64,000 bases of DNA from Octopus vulgaris (GCA_951406725.2 OX597814.1:57288001-57352000), one strand, 5' to 3'. Numbered from the stretch's first letter, positions 1-12,691 are shown. Translations and numbers: made by a program. The notes: a model not told the origin generated them from the sequence alone.

Positions 1-59
1 CGAACTCATTACCTCTTGGTTGTGAGCCCGATGCTCTTACCACTGGGCCATTCGCCTTC
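1..59 (-). mobile_element. tRNA-derived SINE head, cut by the window edge
   Basis: Reverse complement GAAGGCGAATGGCCCAGTGGTAAGAGCATCGGGCTCACAACC...GAGTTCG has an A box and the start of a B box. It resembles the SINE heads at 10098 and 47675. Confidence 0.6.
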
Positions 60-506
60 ACACACGTATTTAGATGTACAGTTTATATATCAATGGATGG
101 TCATATCAAGAACATTTTTAAAAAGAGTTTATTTTGTATTTTCCTTGAAGATTGAAGTCTGATCCTTTTTCATATTAAAAGTATTTGAATATAGAACTGT
201 GACATCTCACTTTGCAACTTCTTGGAAAAATTACTGATACAAGTAGCTCAAGCGGACTCATGACCTGGTTTCATGATTCTGACAGTAGTAATTACCAGCA
301 TAGTAGTCATGGGTGAGAAGATATGCATTAACTTCAATAAAGAATTTCATGAAGCGTAGTAGGTAATCTAAAATTTTATCAATGACCAATATTTAACTTC
401 CATTATGAAAACTCATCGTCGTAACCGACTGAGTGTCACTTAATATATAGGGATATTAATGAAAGTTTATATCATTTTATATGCAGGATATGTTTCACAT
501 TAAGTA

Positions 507-507
<1 letters not shown>

Positions 508-570
<63 letters not shown>
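508..570. repeat. (CA)n microsatellite
   Basis: Perfect CA run. Confidence 0.95.
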
Positions 571-574
<4 letters not shown>

Positions 575-2214
575 TCATTCACTCACACACACAGATCTTT
601 CAGATAGATAGACAGACAGACACACACACTCACACACACACACACGCGCGCGCATATGTATGTGCAAGTACTTAGAAATTTTTGCTTTGCTACCCTGGTG
701 CGCATTTATCCAACCAGTCTGGATTGAACTGTAAACCGTGGTGAAGGCAACTAGACCCAGGAGATGAAGAAATTTAACGGAAAAACTAGTGATAAGTTGT
801 TTATTAAGCTTCTGGTGAACATTTTGTCGCCTACATTGGTGGGTGGCCTGAAGCAGCTCTGTGTCTTGGTGGAAGAAGCCGAAACACCTACAGAGTTACT
901 TCACCCCATTATAAGACACCAACTCTTATGTTTGGAAGAGACGTGTTCCCCTAACTCTTTAAACCCGGAGTCATTGCGTGTTTGCACCACCTGCTAGAGT
1001 AAGCTGAAAATCTCCTTCAATCGGCCTCGTTTTTTATTTAAAAAAAAAGAAAAATGATCACATTTGGTAGATCAATTCCAAATTCACCTATACTTGAAAT
1101 AAAATGTCTGGAACGCATTATATCTTTGATTTGCTCAATTAGAGCTGACATGGTTTGAAACCCAACAATCTCTCATTTGGTAAGTATCTGCAGTTTCGCA
1201 GAATTCAGTATTGCGGTTATATAATGTTGAAGATATTTGAAAGATGCCCCAATGTTAAGGGTGATGCAGAAAGACATTTCCGAAGCTGCAATTAATGAAG
1301 TTTGGAGAAATTTGATGTTAAGTGGTGGACTGTGTGTGGACGTGCCGTTCAATGCTAGGTTAATGCTGGGTGAAAGAGTGTTTTGGCTACATGAGGGTAT
1401 AAGACGTAGGAGAGTAAATTTTCAATAGATTCCAATTACACATGAACGCGCGCGTGCGAGTGTATGTACGTGCCTGCGTGCGTACGTGCGTGCATATGTA
1501 TGTATGTATAGATGTATGTGTGTATGCACGTGATATCGAAGAGGTTGTAGATCATTGTCTTCTTGAGTTTATAGACAGACCAATGAAAGCGGAAACTCCT
1601 TGCCCTATTCATATATCCTCACAATAAAATAAAAATAGCAAATCAAATTAAAATAGAAATATAAGAGATACAAAGAGGACTTTATTCCCCAATAGTGAAC
1701 TTTTTTCCAGCAGTAAATTAGACCAGTTTTTCTCAAAGTGATTCACATGAAAAAAAGAATGATAAGAATTTATTTTATAAACGAAAGGTATTCGTTATTT
1801 TCTGAGTACTGTTATATGTTTTAGATACAAATAGATATGTTCTCTAACCCCTAACTTGATGACATTAAAATTAAGGCGGCAACAGATGAGCGTAAAATGT
1901 TGACATGGAGTCCTCAATTTTGGAAAATTGCAGAAGTTTTTCGCAGATAAAAATTCAGTTTGGAAACTGCTAAATTACAGCACTTGCTTATTCACAATTA
2001 AATGAATGATCAGTTCGACATGTGTGTTCATTATTAACTTCTTTCTCACCCATCGATAATTCCTGTTATTAACATATATATTGTATATAAATACACAGAC
2101 GCGCACACACAAACACACTCGCACACACACACAGACACACAAACACACACACACACATACACACACACACATATATATATATATATATGCATGATACATC
2201 TATCCATATACTGA

Positions 2215-2435
2215 CGATGGGGAGCTGAAAAGTTCCTGACTTTGAGTAAAAGAAATTACAGGAGATTCAGTTAATTATGATTTTATTCAACGTATTTCCC
2301 TCTCGCATTCACACACTTATTGCAGCGATCCTTCAGTTTTTCTAAGCCCTATAGAGGAAGAACCTGGAAGGTTGGGCCTCCAAACAGGTCTTCCGTGATA
2401 CCCTTACAGCCAGGAACTTTTCAGCACCCTCTTCT
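2215..2435. mobile_element. mariner-derived MITE
   Basis: Terminal inverted repeats GCTGAAAAGTTCCTG ... CAGGAACTTTTCAGC. The interior resembles a mariner 3' end. A partial copy in the opposite orientation lies at ~6263-6395. Confidence 0.65.
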
Positions 2436-2536
2436 ACATGTATGTATACACCATACATATATGCTGGCATCAATCCATTCTTCCATGCATCCATACAAAC
2501 ATACAAATACAAAATAACACACACACACATATACAT

Positions 2537-3625
2537 TTGGGATACTAGACTGGTCTGTAGAGGAAGTCCATTTTATAGACATAAAAACCCGCAAGGTACT
2601 GACACCAATTGGAAACTGCCACCGAAGCAGTGATATCGACAAACTCTACCTAAGAAGATATGGAGATAGAGGCTTGAGATCAGTGTAGACAGATTCGAAT
2701 GTCTCACAGTATCTCTCAGACAGGACTTGTCTCATTGTATCTCTCAGTCAGCAAAATAGGAACAAAAATAAATACATAAACTTAGTGCTGAAAGGTGAAG
2801 AGATCATTCTACGTGTTGGCAGTGAGCTTCACGAGAAGCACTCTCTACTCGATGATCTCCCACACAACCCCAAAACAGCTGGACTAACATACCTAAAAGA
2901 AGGCCTCAACGTGAAACATTCGGTATACCGAATGACTATGCTTGGGTATGCTTCCCGAAGACTTGAGGAAGACAGTTATATCGCCATGAAGTACAACCTT
3001 TCTTGGACTCGTGACCGCTACATTACACTTCAAGAATATGAAATTGCTAGGAAATACTTAAGAAGCAAAAGTGATAGTGAAGCTATTGGAACTCCAGGAT
3101 ACAACACGAAATATAGATTATAGATTATGTCATATTTCCGCAGAAGACATCACACATTTGATTAGCAGCTCCCCAAAAGTGTTTTGAAGCTACTGCTTCC
3201 GTATACGACACGACTTTGCTGTAAAAACAATATACAATTCCATTCGAGAAATAAACTGTCCTGGAATAAATATAGAGAATCTCCTTGTTAGTGAATATAT
3301 GCACAAATACCAACACAAGATATGCTGGTGGAACATGCCCATCAAAACATCTGTCAAGTGTAAACATAAAAGGGTGGACAATGTTCTGTAGAAGAGACGG
3401 GAAAATTTGTGTACCGTCATAGAAGGCTAACTGGACAATTGCTTCGAATTCTCCAGCTTCTGTATCCTAACCATAAATTGGTGCACTTGGTTTTGTGAGT
3501 AAAGGCCTAAGTGACAATCTGGATAAGCTAGAGTCTTCAGAAAAAGAAATCAACCGACAAACTCACACATTACAAATACAATCCGAAAGTGGAACAGTGA
3601 AAATATGTAAGACTTTAGTCAAGTC
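2537..3625 (+). mobile_element. degenerate R4/Dong-like non-LTR retrotransposon, 3' part
   Basis: Broken frames give DIDKLYLRRYGDRGL, QEYEI, EDITHLISS and WWNMPIKTSVKCKHKRVD, similar to the R4-like copies at 52.4-54.4 kb. Confidence 0.55.
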
Positions 3626-3814
3626 TGAAGTGTGACACTGTTTTTGTTATTTGCATTGGAACGATCGAGATTTTCAACTTTATTGGAAACCAGCTCCTTC
3701 CTTGGAGAAAGATTTCAAATAATTAAAAACAGAATAGAACATACATGCATCGTACATACATACACATATAGGCACTCATACACACACACACACACTCACA
3801 TACATACATGTGTC

Positions 3815-4120
<306 letters not shown>

Positions 4121-4197
4121 TATAGAAGGAGTTCTACAGGACTAGAACTGTTTCATTCAAAAGGAAACAGTTCTAGTCCTGTAGAAGCTCCTTCTAT
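4121..4197. repeat. near-perfect palindrome (~34-bp arms, 9-nt loop)
   Basis: TATAGAAGGAGTTCTACAGGACTAGAACTGTTTC-attcaaaag-GAAACAGTTCTAGTCCTGTAGAAGCTCCTTCTATA, with one bulge. Confidence 0.9.
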
Positions 4198-4339
4198 AAA
4201 ATAAATTAATTTACTCTGCTATGTATTGAGTACCTTATTTACTGTGGTTAACCCCGACTCAACCCGGGGCCTACATATATATATATATATATATATATAT
4301 CTGTAAATGTAATAGGTGACACAATTATTCGGTAGCCAT

Positions 4340-4400
4340 GATAAAACTCCGAGTTTCGGATGCCGGGGTGTAAATCCACGCCGCTATGTCTTCAGTTATC
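4340..4400 (-). ncRNA. minimal type I hammerhead ribozyme motif (PLE pLTR); copies at 12451-12511 and 20595-20655
   Basis: Minus strand: GATAA-CTGAAGA-(stem II, partly eroded)-GAAA-CTCGGAG-TT-TTATC. Stem I is GATAA/TTATC. It sits within an inverted repeat at 4318-4445. Confidence 0.75.
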
Positions 4401-6262
4401 TGGCCATCGGAAAAATGCTAACAGAGTTTTATCATGGCTACCGAATAATTGTCTCATATTACATTTACAGATAAATTCCTCTATTTACATAATATCGAAG
4501 TCTCGTTTATTCATTTGTTGTCTTACCATTTTATCAATATATATATATATATATATACATGCATTTATGGTTACAGGACGTCACCAATGGTGCAAGTAAC
4601 ATGAAATGCGTAAACAAACGAGGAAAAACGAGGGGAACATATAAAAAACGATAAAAAATAGAAAGAAGGACAAGTAGACACAGAGAAAAGAACCTTCATC
4701 AGTTGTTGGTTGTCTACCTACTCCTCATTTCGAGCGTTCAACGACAATATCAGTCTTTAAAGACAGTTGCTCCCATACATTCCAAAATAAAATTTAGGAT
4801 TTATGGAGGATCAAAGTTGGGAACAAAAAGTGACAACGGAGACATATAAGGGAACCGAACAAGAAGGAAACAGTGAACGCTGAGAAAAACATTTTTTTTT
4901 TGAAAAGAGAAAAGATAGAAGAGAGAGAAAAACACGTCTGTTTTTTTAAACCTCTGTGCAGAAAAAGAAAGATCTTCACGCGAGGAAAAGAAAGATGGAT
5001 GATGGTCATGTGTGAGCAACGAGAGAGAGAGGAAAATAGAGAAAGATGGGAGATAAAAGCCAGAATACCAGGAACACAATACAGGTATTAGAATAAATCA
5101 TTTTGACAAACAAAACTAATATCCATGAGAAAATGAATGCGTTCAAATTTCTTTGGTCTTAAATTTTAAAGAGGAACAACAATGCACCAACGTTCGTCAA
5201 AGTTCCCAAAACCTCGACATCATCTCATTTCAATGATGACAGTGGTCCATTATTGTCACGTTTCTCTAGTAAGTAAAAAGGATCATGGAAATAATTCTGA
5301 AATTGAAAAAAATTAATATTAATACTACATTTGAAATTGTTTAATGGTTGTGTTCAAATTCCTTTTATAGTTTGTCATATAGCGTTTGTATGAATGTGTT
5401 TGTGTGTGTGCACATATAAATATGTGTGTGTATGTGTGTGTGAGTTGCTTTTGTGTTCTTATTTTATGGAGTTGTATGAAGGATAGTAGAATTATCAGTT
5501 AATGATTTATTTAACCTAAATTTGTTTTGCTCTAATTCATACCATTTCTTTACAATTAGCTTATACTTAAATAAAAGTGCATGAAAATGCCTGGGGCGTG
5601 TGTACTTCATAAATAAGTGGGGTTTGTTAAGTCAGGATTGAGGCGTTACTCTTCTCTCCTGTTATTATCATTGTGATGAAAACTATACGCATCGTTTCCT
5701 TATTACTCAAACCCTCTGTGTGTGTGCGTGTGTGTGTGTGTCTGCGTGTGTGTGTGTGTGTGTGTGCATGTGTGTGTGTGTGTTTGTGTGTGTGTGTTTA
5801 TGATTGGCTAATTAATTATTTCGGTCTGTCAAGTCTTACACATAAATTTTTGGTAAATCCTATAGTCAAGAAGAAAACATCTAACCAAAGTACTGCACCC
5901 TGAGATCGAACGAAGAGCTATATTGTTTCGTTGCATTTAGCCACACGGCTATAACTGTTGGGCATTTCCACCTCTCTCTCCCTCCTCTCTCTGTCTTGCT
6001 TCCTCCAAGTACACCGGGTAAAGGATCCTCAAGCTGTTTCCTTACATTTTTCAGCCGTCCCGATTTCTCAATAAGATAAATTGATCTTAGAATCTCTGTC
6101 ATTTGCGTAGCTTAATTTCTATGATGTGTCGATATTTTCCTAGTATTTGCATACCAGTTAGAGAGTAAGATGGCAGAGCCGAATTGTCCGCAAATATTCG
6201 TTAATCCCTTTCGGGAATTACAATCAATTTCGTCTGTTGAATTCATCTTATGTCTTTCTTTT

Positions 6263-6395
6263 ACAGGGCTTAGAAAAAATGAAGGATTGCTGCAATAAGT
6301 GTGTGAATCTGGGATGGGAATATGTTGAATAAAACTTTGATTAAATTATCTTCCTCTATTTTCTTTTACTAAAATCCAAGTACTTTTCTGCACTT
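6263..6395 (+). mobile_element. mariner-MITE fragment (also in copies 2 and 3)
   Basis: Reverse-complement similarity to 2225-2350. Confidence 0.55.
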
Positions 6396-6807
6396 CCTCT
6401 TGTATACACGCATTTTATCAAAAGTGACAGTACACTTAGATCTACCCCCGCGTGAATTAAATAGTTAGTCATGAATTAAATAGTTAGCAATTTATATATG
6501 AGTGGTTTGAACTCGAATGGTTGTATATCGATGATGTGATAAATGTCTTGAAAAACTAACTTTAGTATGTAGGGATCTACAAATATTTATATGCGCATAT
6601 CGCCCCTAAATTACTGGACGTAAGCAAGCAAGTACCGATTGTCAGTTGTAGAGACAAACCAATACATACGCTATCACATATACACACACATGCACACACA
6701 CACACACGCACACACACACAGAGGGCTTGAGTAATAAGGAAACGATGCGTATAGTTTTCATCACAATACACTATCACATATACACCCTTTCATATGTATA
6801 TATATAT

Positions 6808-8946
6808 CCCCTGAATCGGCTAGGCTGTCTGGCGCCGAATCGGCACCACTGGCCACAGCATTTCTTCCATTTCCTTCGTGCTCTCGCCATTCTCAACGTT
6901 GCTCTAAACATCCTTCTAAATCGTCTTCCCACCTGACTGGCGGTCTTCCGAGTAGTCTCTTCCGTTCTTCAAGGTGCCAATCGACAACTGCACGGGTCCA
7001 CCGATTATCTGTGGACCTTGCAACATTACCAGCCCATCGTAGATTTGCTTAGTGGTATTCTGCAACAACGTACTTCCCTCCAGTTCTATTTTTGATCTCG
7101 TTCCAGATATGATCTCTTAGCGAGATTCCCAGCTTTGACCTTTCCATGTCTCACTGCGCTGTAAACAGATGTTCTCTCTTCGAGCGAGGATTTTCAATTG
7201 CTGCTCTTCGCCGGCTTACAGCATTTCAGATGTTATACTACCATCGCCCAGTACTTCTCCTCTGTTTATCAGCTTGAGGGCTTTCTCGATTTCACTGATC
7301 AGAATAGATATTACTTTCTCTCCTTCATTTTCCAATGACGGAGGCGCAGCTACTACTCTAGATTTAAAGAGGTTTATGTAGAAAGACTTGCAGACTTCTT
7401 CCACATCTCTCCTGCATTGCCATCCTGGTACTTCAGCGTCGTTACTTCCTTTCTATAAAGCATTATCTCCCTTTCGCTCTTCCATTCTTGTGAAGTCTTC
7501 AGGACTTCTCTTTTCTGTACCTCTCGAAGTCATTCTCAAAGCATCGTCTCATTGTCTAGCAAGGGACAGAATATTCCACCAGGGGTTTTCTATCTCTATT
7601 CATGCTTCTCCGCTTTTCCATCAGCTTCTTTGTCTACTCTGAGATCCTTCCTGTTTCGTTCGGAACTGCGACCTTTTTACTCTTCAAGCTTTTCTTCAAC
7701 TTCTGGATCAGTGTCTCTTAGTCGTCATCTATTAACATCAAGCTGATCCCAGGATTCTTTCCCGAGGGCTCCTCTCAGCTGTTCTTCCTTCACAATCTTC
7801 ATATATTGTTCTCTCGACGCTAACTATAGCTCTTTTTCTTCCTTCTTCTAACCCAACACAATTTTGGCCGGCACAAGGCGGTGGTCACTTCATGCGTTGA
7901 ACGGCGTATCTACAGAGACGTCTAGTAGAGTACGCCTTTTACCGACCAAGATGTAGTCGATCTAATTTCGGTCCCTTGGTTTCGGGGCGATCCAGTTCCA
8001 TCTGTTCCTGGCCTTGTTGCTGATGACCAACCCTTTCGACTCTGTCATGGTGACTACACGTGCTCTCTGATTTCCCTCACCGAGCCCGAATATTCCCACG
8101 TACTCCCCACCTTGTTGCCCGTTTTCCAACTTTGGCGCTGAAATATCCCATCACGACAGTGTATGTAGGTCTGCTGGCTAGAGCACGCTCTACGTCAAGA
8201 TAGAAATCTTCCACTTCATCGTTGTCGCCAGCGTACGTCTGGACGATCTTCAAGGTCGCCTTCTTCAAGATTTGAATGTTCAGCACACCTATTCGTGTAG
8301 AAACGAAGTGGCAATATATAACCCCAGTTCATCCCTTGCTGATCACAAGACCTATACCATTGATTGCTCTGAGACCTTCTGCACAACTCAGAAAGCTTCC
8401 GTTTGACCATCTTGCACTCGACTCTTTTCGCTAACACGTCTCACAAAACCCGAGGACGTCGTAATTGATTTCCTTTCTCTCCTTCATAAGATGATTCAAG
8501 CCAGTCCCCACTGCCACTCCCCAACTTGAAGTTGTAGGTGCATATGGTGAGGTTAGTCAATTTCCTTCGCGGCTTCTTGCAACCTGAAATTCTCAGCAGC
8601 CTCTCGCTGCTCGGATTACTCCCCGCCGCCATGGAGCGCAGGCTACAGAGGCCCATTAACCTAATGCTGTTTTAGCCATAAGTTGACGCACCCCGGTTGC
8701 TTTTTTGTTTGAGGTGTATTCCTGTAGCGTTGCCCCCTTTCGACCCCCAAGGCATTTTTGTTTGATGACCGTTGACTAGTCATAAGTTCCTCCGCCCTTT
8801 GACGAGTCTTGTTTTCTGTCCCACAAACACTCTTCTCATCAAGTAAGCTCGGTGAGGTTGCCAGTTTAGACGCTGATAACCCGCCTATGCAACAGGTTGT
8901 ACTGGGTTATATGTTACCAGTAGTGCTCGATACCGACCTGACATAG

Positions 8947-8947
<1 letters not shown>
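6808..8947 (-). mobile_element. RTE-clade LINE, degenerate, RT core deleted (copy 1)
   Basis: APE endonuclease motifs LTICTYN, LKIVQTYA, TVVMGYFSAKVG and SDHRLV; EIEKALKLINRGEVLGDGSITSEML; C-terminal WAGNVAR...RWTRAVVDW...RPPVRW. Multiple stops and frameshifts. Confidence 0.8.
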
Positions 8948-8986
<39 letters not shown>

Positions 8987-9026
8987 TATAAATTGATCAA
9001 AATAAAAACATGATGCCAAGGATTCA

Positions 9027-9104
9027 GCGGTACATATGTTTCGGGCCTTTATTAGACAGATTTATAACAATGCATAATGTATGTCTGTGGCCTTCTTCAG
9101 CCGC
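9027..9104 (-). ncRNA. minimal type I hammerhead ribozyme motif; copies at 17166-17243 and 25321-25398
   Basis: Minus strand: GCGG-CTGAAGA-AGGCC...GGCCC-GAAA-CATATG-TA-CCGC. Stem III is palindromic (ACATATGT). The element lies between TA microsatellites. Confidence 0.8.
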
Positions 9105-9344
9105 GCACAACAGCTTCCACAAGGACATGTGTTACATCAAAAATTCTTGGTTGGGGATGCAAATCCTCTCATTCGCGTACGACATAATGCGGCAACAGCA
9201 TAGAATTGAAGCGTCCATCTCTTTCTTCTCTCAATATATATGTATATATATGTGTGTGTGTGTATACGTATATGTATGTATGTATATATGTATGTATGTA
9301 TGTATACGTATGTATGTATATGTGTATGTATATATATGTATGTA

Positions 9345-9465
9345 TACAACAGGTTTCCACATAGTTTCCATCTACTAAATTCTCTCACAAGGCATCGGTC
9401 ACTTAAGGCTATAGTTGAAGATGCTTGCTCAATGTGCTGCGCAGTGGAACTGAAAAAGCCTGCAC
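9345..9465 (-). mobile_element. eroded SINE 5' fragment (also in copies 2 and 3)
   Basis: Similar to 59460-59624 (GGCTATAGT.GAAGA...GCAGTGG.ACTG). Confidence 0.55.
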
Positions 9466-10097
9466 CTATAAAAAGAACATGATCCCTTTATCAAATTTAC
9501 AAGTACAGACATATATTCTACCATGGAAGACCATAAATAATAATGCACATGTACTATCTTGAATCATTACCATTGTACACATACTTGTCTGTCGAAGCGA
9601 CGAAGACCATCTGGTTATCGTTAAGGACGACCGATGACCAGTGCTGCGACTTTGCTTAAAGTGAACAATTGCGCACTGTCAATGTCAAGACAACTGGGGA
9701 TGGAAACTGAAGCAGTGGCTAACATGATGTTTTAATTGCTTCATCTTGCTTTCTGCATTCACAATGCATTGTTGTAGCCGCTTTCGTTTCTGTTGAACTA
9801 TAAACGCTTCTTCTGCAGAGTCCGCCAGAAGTAGCCTTCCTATACATAGGTAGACAAGTCCAAACATGCTAATTAACCCACAGCTGAGACCCTGATAGGC
9901 GCTACTATTCCGAGTCAAAACAACAGGGAACAATGGTGGCTATGAGGTTTTTTCCACACTCCTCAATACCCTGGATCTCTCGAATCATCTCCGTCTCCTT
10001 CACATATATTGCCAATCTACTTATATTTTGGTTACAGTCTTCTATTAGAAAAAAACGTTGGCTGAAGTGTTTAAATGACGTATAGGCTTTGCGTGAA

Positions 10098-10245
10098 CTC
10101 GGCTCAGTGGTTAGAGCATCTGACTCACAATCATGAGGTAGTAAGTTCGATTCCCGGACTGGGTTGTGTGCTATATTCTTGAGAATGACGCTTTATTTCA
10201 CGTTACTCCAGTTCACTCAGCTGCAGAAATGAATTGCAACGTCAC
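10098..10245 (+). mobile_element. tRNA-derived SINE (copies at ~18237 and ~26392)
   Basis: A box CGGCTCAGTGG and B box GTTCGATTCC, followed by a non-tRNA body. No acceptor stem. Confidence 0.7.
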
Positions 10246-10947
10246 TTTCCTTTGGATGAAATTGCTGGCACGGAGATGGGAGTTTGGTATGCACAGTTAT
10301 ATCTACTAAATCTGTGCGTGAATGTGAGAGTGTGTGTGTGCGTGTGTGTGTACGTGTGCTTGTGTGTGTTTGTATGTGTGCGTGCGCGTGCGTGTATTTT
10401 AATTTCTTATTTTGCTACTAATAAATATATTTGTTGGATTTTATGAAGGGTTGTAGAGATATCTAGTTTTGTTTTGCTTCGTTAAAAGCGAATTGTTTAT
10501 AAAGTATGCATAATTAATCATTAGTGCATAAAAAGAATTGAGGTGTGAGTTGAGAAGCAAACGTTTATGGTTTCTTAGATTTGAAAGCGTTTTGTTCGTT
10601 TAAGAACAAAGCGCTTTCAAATCTAAAAAAAACATTCCCAATCGTTTAAGTTGCAATCATCGTTATGAAAACTATTAACACAGAGTTGTCTTACGTTCTG
10701 AATATATAGAAGAGATGAAACATAATACAGCATGATATTTATATCGACTCTTTATTATTTAACCACCACACAATCAATATACCTATGCAAAATGTCACTA
10801 TATATGGGTGAGAGTGTGTGTGTATATATGTAGGTATGTATATAGTTACATGTTTTAAGCATGAGCTTGCTGTAATACCAAGCTTACATTTAAAATTTGA
10901 AAGCTTTTTGTTTGTTTAAGAACAAAGCGCTTTCAAATCTAAGAAAC

Positions 10948-12186
10948 TGTGGGGTGACGTCAGCAGCTGGGGAGCTGACCGGAATTTGGGAGCTGACCGG
11001 AACTTGGGAGCTGACCGGAACTTGGGAGCTGACCGGAATAGGAAGAGTGCCGCGGTGACGCACGCGCAGGCAGGAGATGATTGGGCCTTTTTCGATCGGG
11101 GTAGCCAACGGTGCTGGACGTGTGAGCGCTTCGACAATGTGAGGGACAGTAGCTGCTATTTTTAGCGTTCGGGTCGGGACACGTGGAAGAGTGCGTTACC
11201 ACCAGAGGTCTGCGTCGACGAAGAGAAGGTAGGTGTCTTACCTCTAGTCTCCCGCATACACTACAAGCTATTTCGGCGATCCACATAAGACGTCACCACG
11301 ATGGCAGCTAAAATCAGGATCGCCAGCGACGTTATCAAGCCCTTTAATGGTGAGGGCGATGTAGTAGCCTGGATGCGTAAAATTAGGCTTATAGTGAGAT
11401 TGCAAGGCACTAGCGACGTGGAAAGCCTTATAGCACTATATTTGGAAGGGAGCGCGTTGACTCTATATCTCGAGATGGACGAAGAAGAACGACTGAGCGA
11501 GGAGAAGATTGAGCATTGTCTGAGAGGGGCTTATACCGAGTGTAAATATACAGCCTTTGTTAAGCTGGGAACGATTAGATGGATGGGAGAGCAGGTGGAT
11601 GAATACGCGACGGAGGTGCGTAGGCCGGCCACGCTGGTTGAGTTTACGGGAAAAGGCCTGGATAGAGCAGCGCGACTGGCGTTCGTGAGTTCCCTGATGA
11701 CGTAGGGATTCGACTGCAGCAATTGCCCGGGGGCAAAAAGATGGCGCTGAGCGAACTTGTGAATCAAGGCCGCGTGTTGACGCGAAATGCTGGACGGAAG
11801 GCGATATCGATGGCGGTAACGGAAGCACATAAAGACGGACGACGGCCGGAGAAAGACGCGAAGAAGCCTACCGTGCAACGACAGCGGCCGTTCCCAGGCC
11901 GGTGTTTTAAATGTCAGGGGTCACACATGGCGAGGGAGTGTACGCAACTGGGGCCCGTCTACTATGCAGGCAGTCAGGGTACATCGCCCGTAATTGCGAC
12001 CGGGGAAACGACCGTGGGGAAGTTGCTGCCTCTCGAACTTTCCCCGCAAACGAGTAGAGGCGCTTTTGGATATGCTGCCCGTAATTGATGTCAAAGCCAG
12101 GAGAAGAGGTTCAAGGCCTTCGTGGATACGGGTTGCACGACCACCCTCGTGACTTCAAGGATGACGAAGAAATGGAATGGGGCAAG
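10948..12186 (+). mobile_element. truncated Ty3/Gypsy LTR retrotransposon: putative 5' LTR (~10948-11265), gag and protease start (copy 1)
   Basis: TGT...ACA bounded segment with 4 copies of a 20-bp repeat. Gag-like ORF 11301-11705 (IKPFNGEGDVVAW), Zn knuckle CFKCQGSHMAREC, and aspartyl protease ALVDTG-type motif (AFVDTGCTTTLV) near 12115. Stops and frameshifts present. Confidence 0.8.
10969..11038 (+). repeat. 20-bp tandem repeat (GGGAGCTGACCGGAA(C/T)TT)x~3.5-4 in the putative LTR
   Basis: Directly visible in the sequence. Confidence 0.9.
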
Positions 12187-12357
12187 TAGCACCCTACCCA
12201 TGCCAGCCTCCTTACCTACCCTGTCTATGAGGAAACAGTTCAAAAGGAAACAGTTCTAGTCCTGTAGAAGCTCCTTCTATAAAATAAATTAATTTACTCT
12301 GCTATGTATTGAGTACCTTATTTACTGTGGTTAACCCCGACTCAACCCGGGACCTAC

Positions 12358-12400
<43 letters not shown>

Positions 12401-12645
12401 CATATATATATCTGTAAATGTAATAGGTGACACAATTATTCGGTAGCCATGATAAAACTCCGAGTTTCGGATGCCGGGGTGTAAATCCACGCCGCTATGT
12501 CTTCAGTTATCTGGCCATCGGAAAAATGCTAACAGAGTTTTATCATGGCTACCGAATAATTGTCTCATATTACATTTACAGATAAATTCCTCTATTTACA
12601 TAATATCGAAGTCTCGTTTATTCATTTGTTGTCTTACCATTTTAT

Positions 12646-12691
<46 letters not shown>

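Larger units (their letters stand above)
4156..12230 (+). repeat. 8.1-kb tandem segmental duplication, copy 1
   Basis: Sequence and ORF track recur with offsets of ~8131-8157 bp (e.g. ORFs at 4794/12925/21082 and 11301/19439/27595). Confidence 0.97.

Noticed and set aside
481-675. HT/YI/CV-rich ORFs here and throughout the window (e.g. 3632-4204, 39.5-42 kb, 46.1-46.5 kb)
   Set aside because: Translations of CA/TA/TG microsatellites, not genes.
843-895. CTGAAGC-AGCT...AGCC-GAAA-CACC-TA hammerhead-like string
   Set aside because: A9 is mutated, and neither stem I nor stem III pairs.
4690-4745. Minus-strand CTGATGA with a nearby GAAA
   Set aside because: The order and stems do not form a consistent type I, II or III hammerhead.
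9685-9933. 82-aa ORF with LLLADS, weakly RT-like
   Set aside because: Too degenerate to assign by eye. Probably old LINE debris.
10098-10170. tRNA gene (also 1-59 and 47600-47676)
   Set aside because: A and B boxes are present, but there is no acceptor stem and the sequence continues into SINE bodies.
10969-11038. CRISPR-like short repeats
   Set aside because: Contiguous tandem units without unique spacers, no cas genes, and a eukaryotic LTR context.
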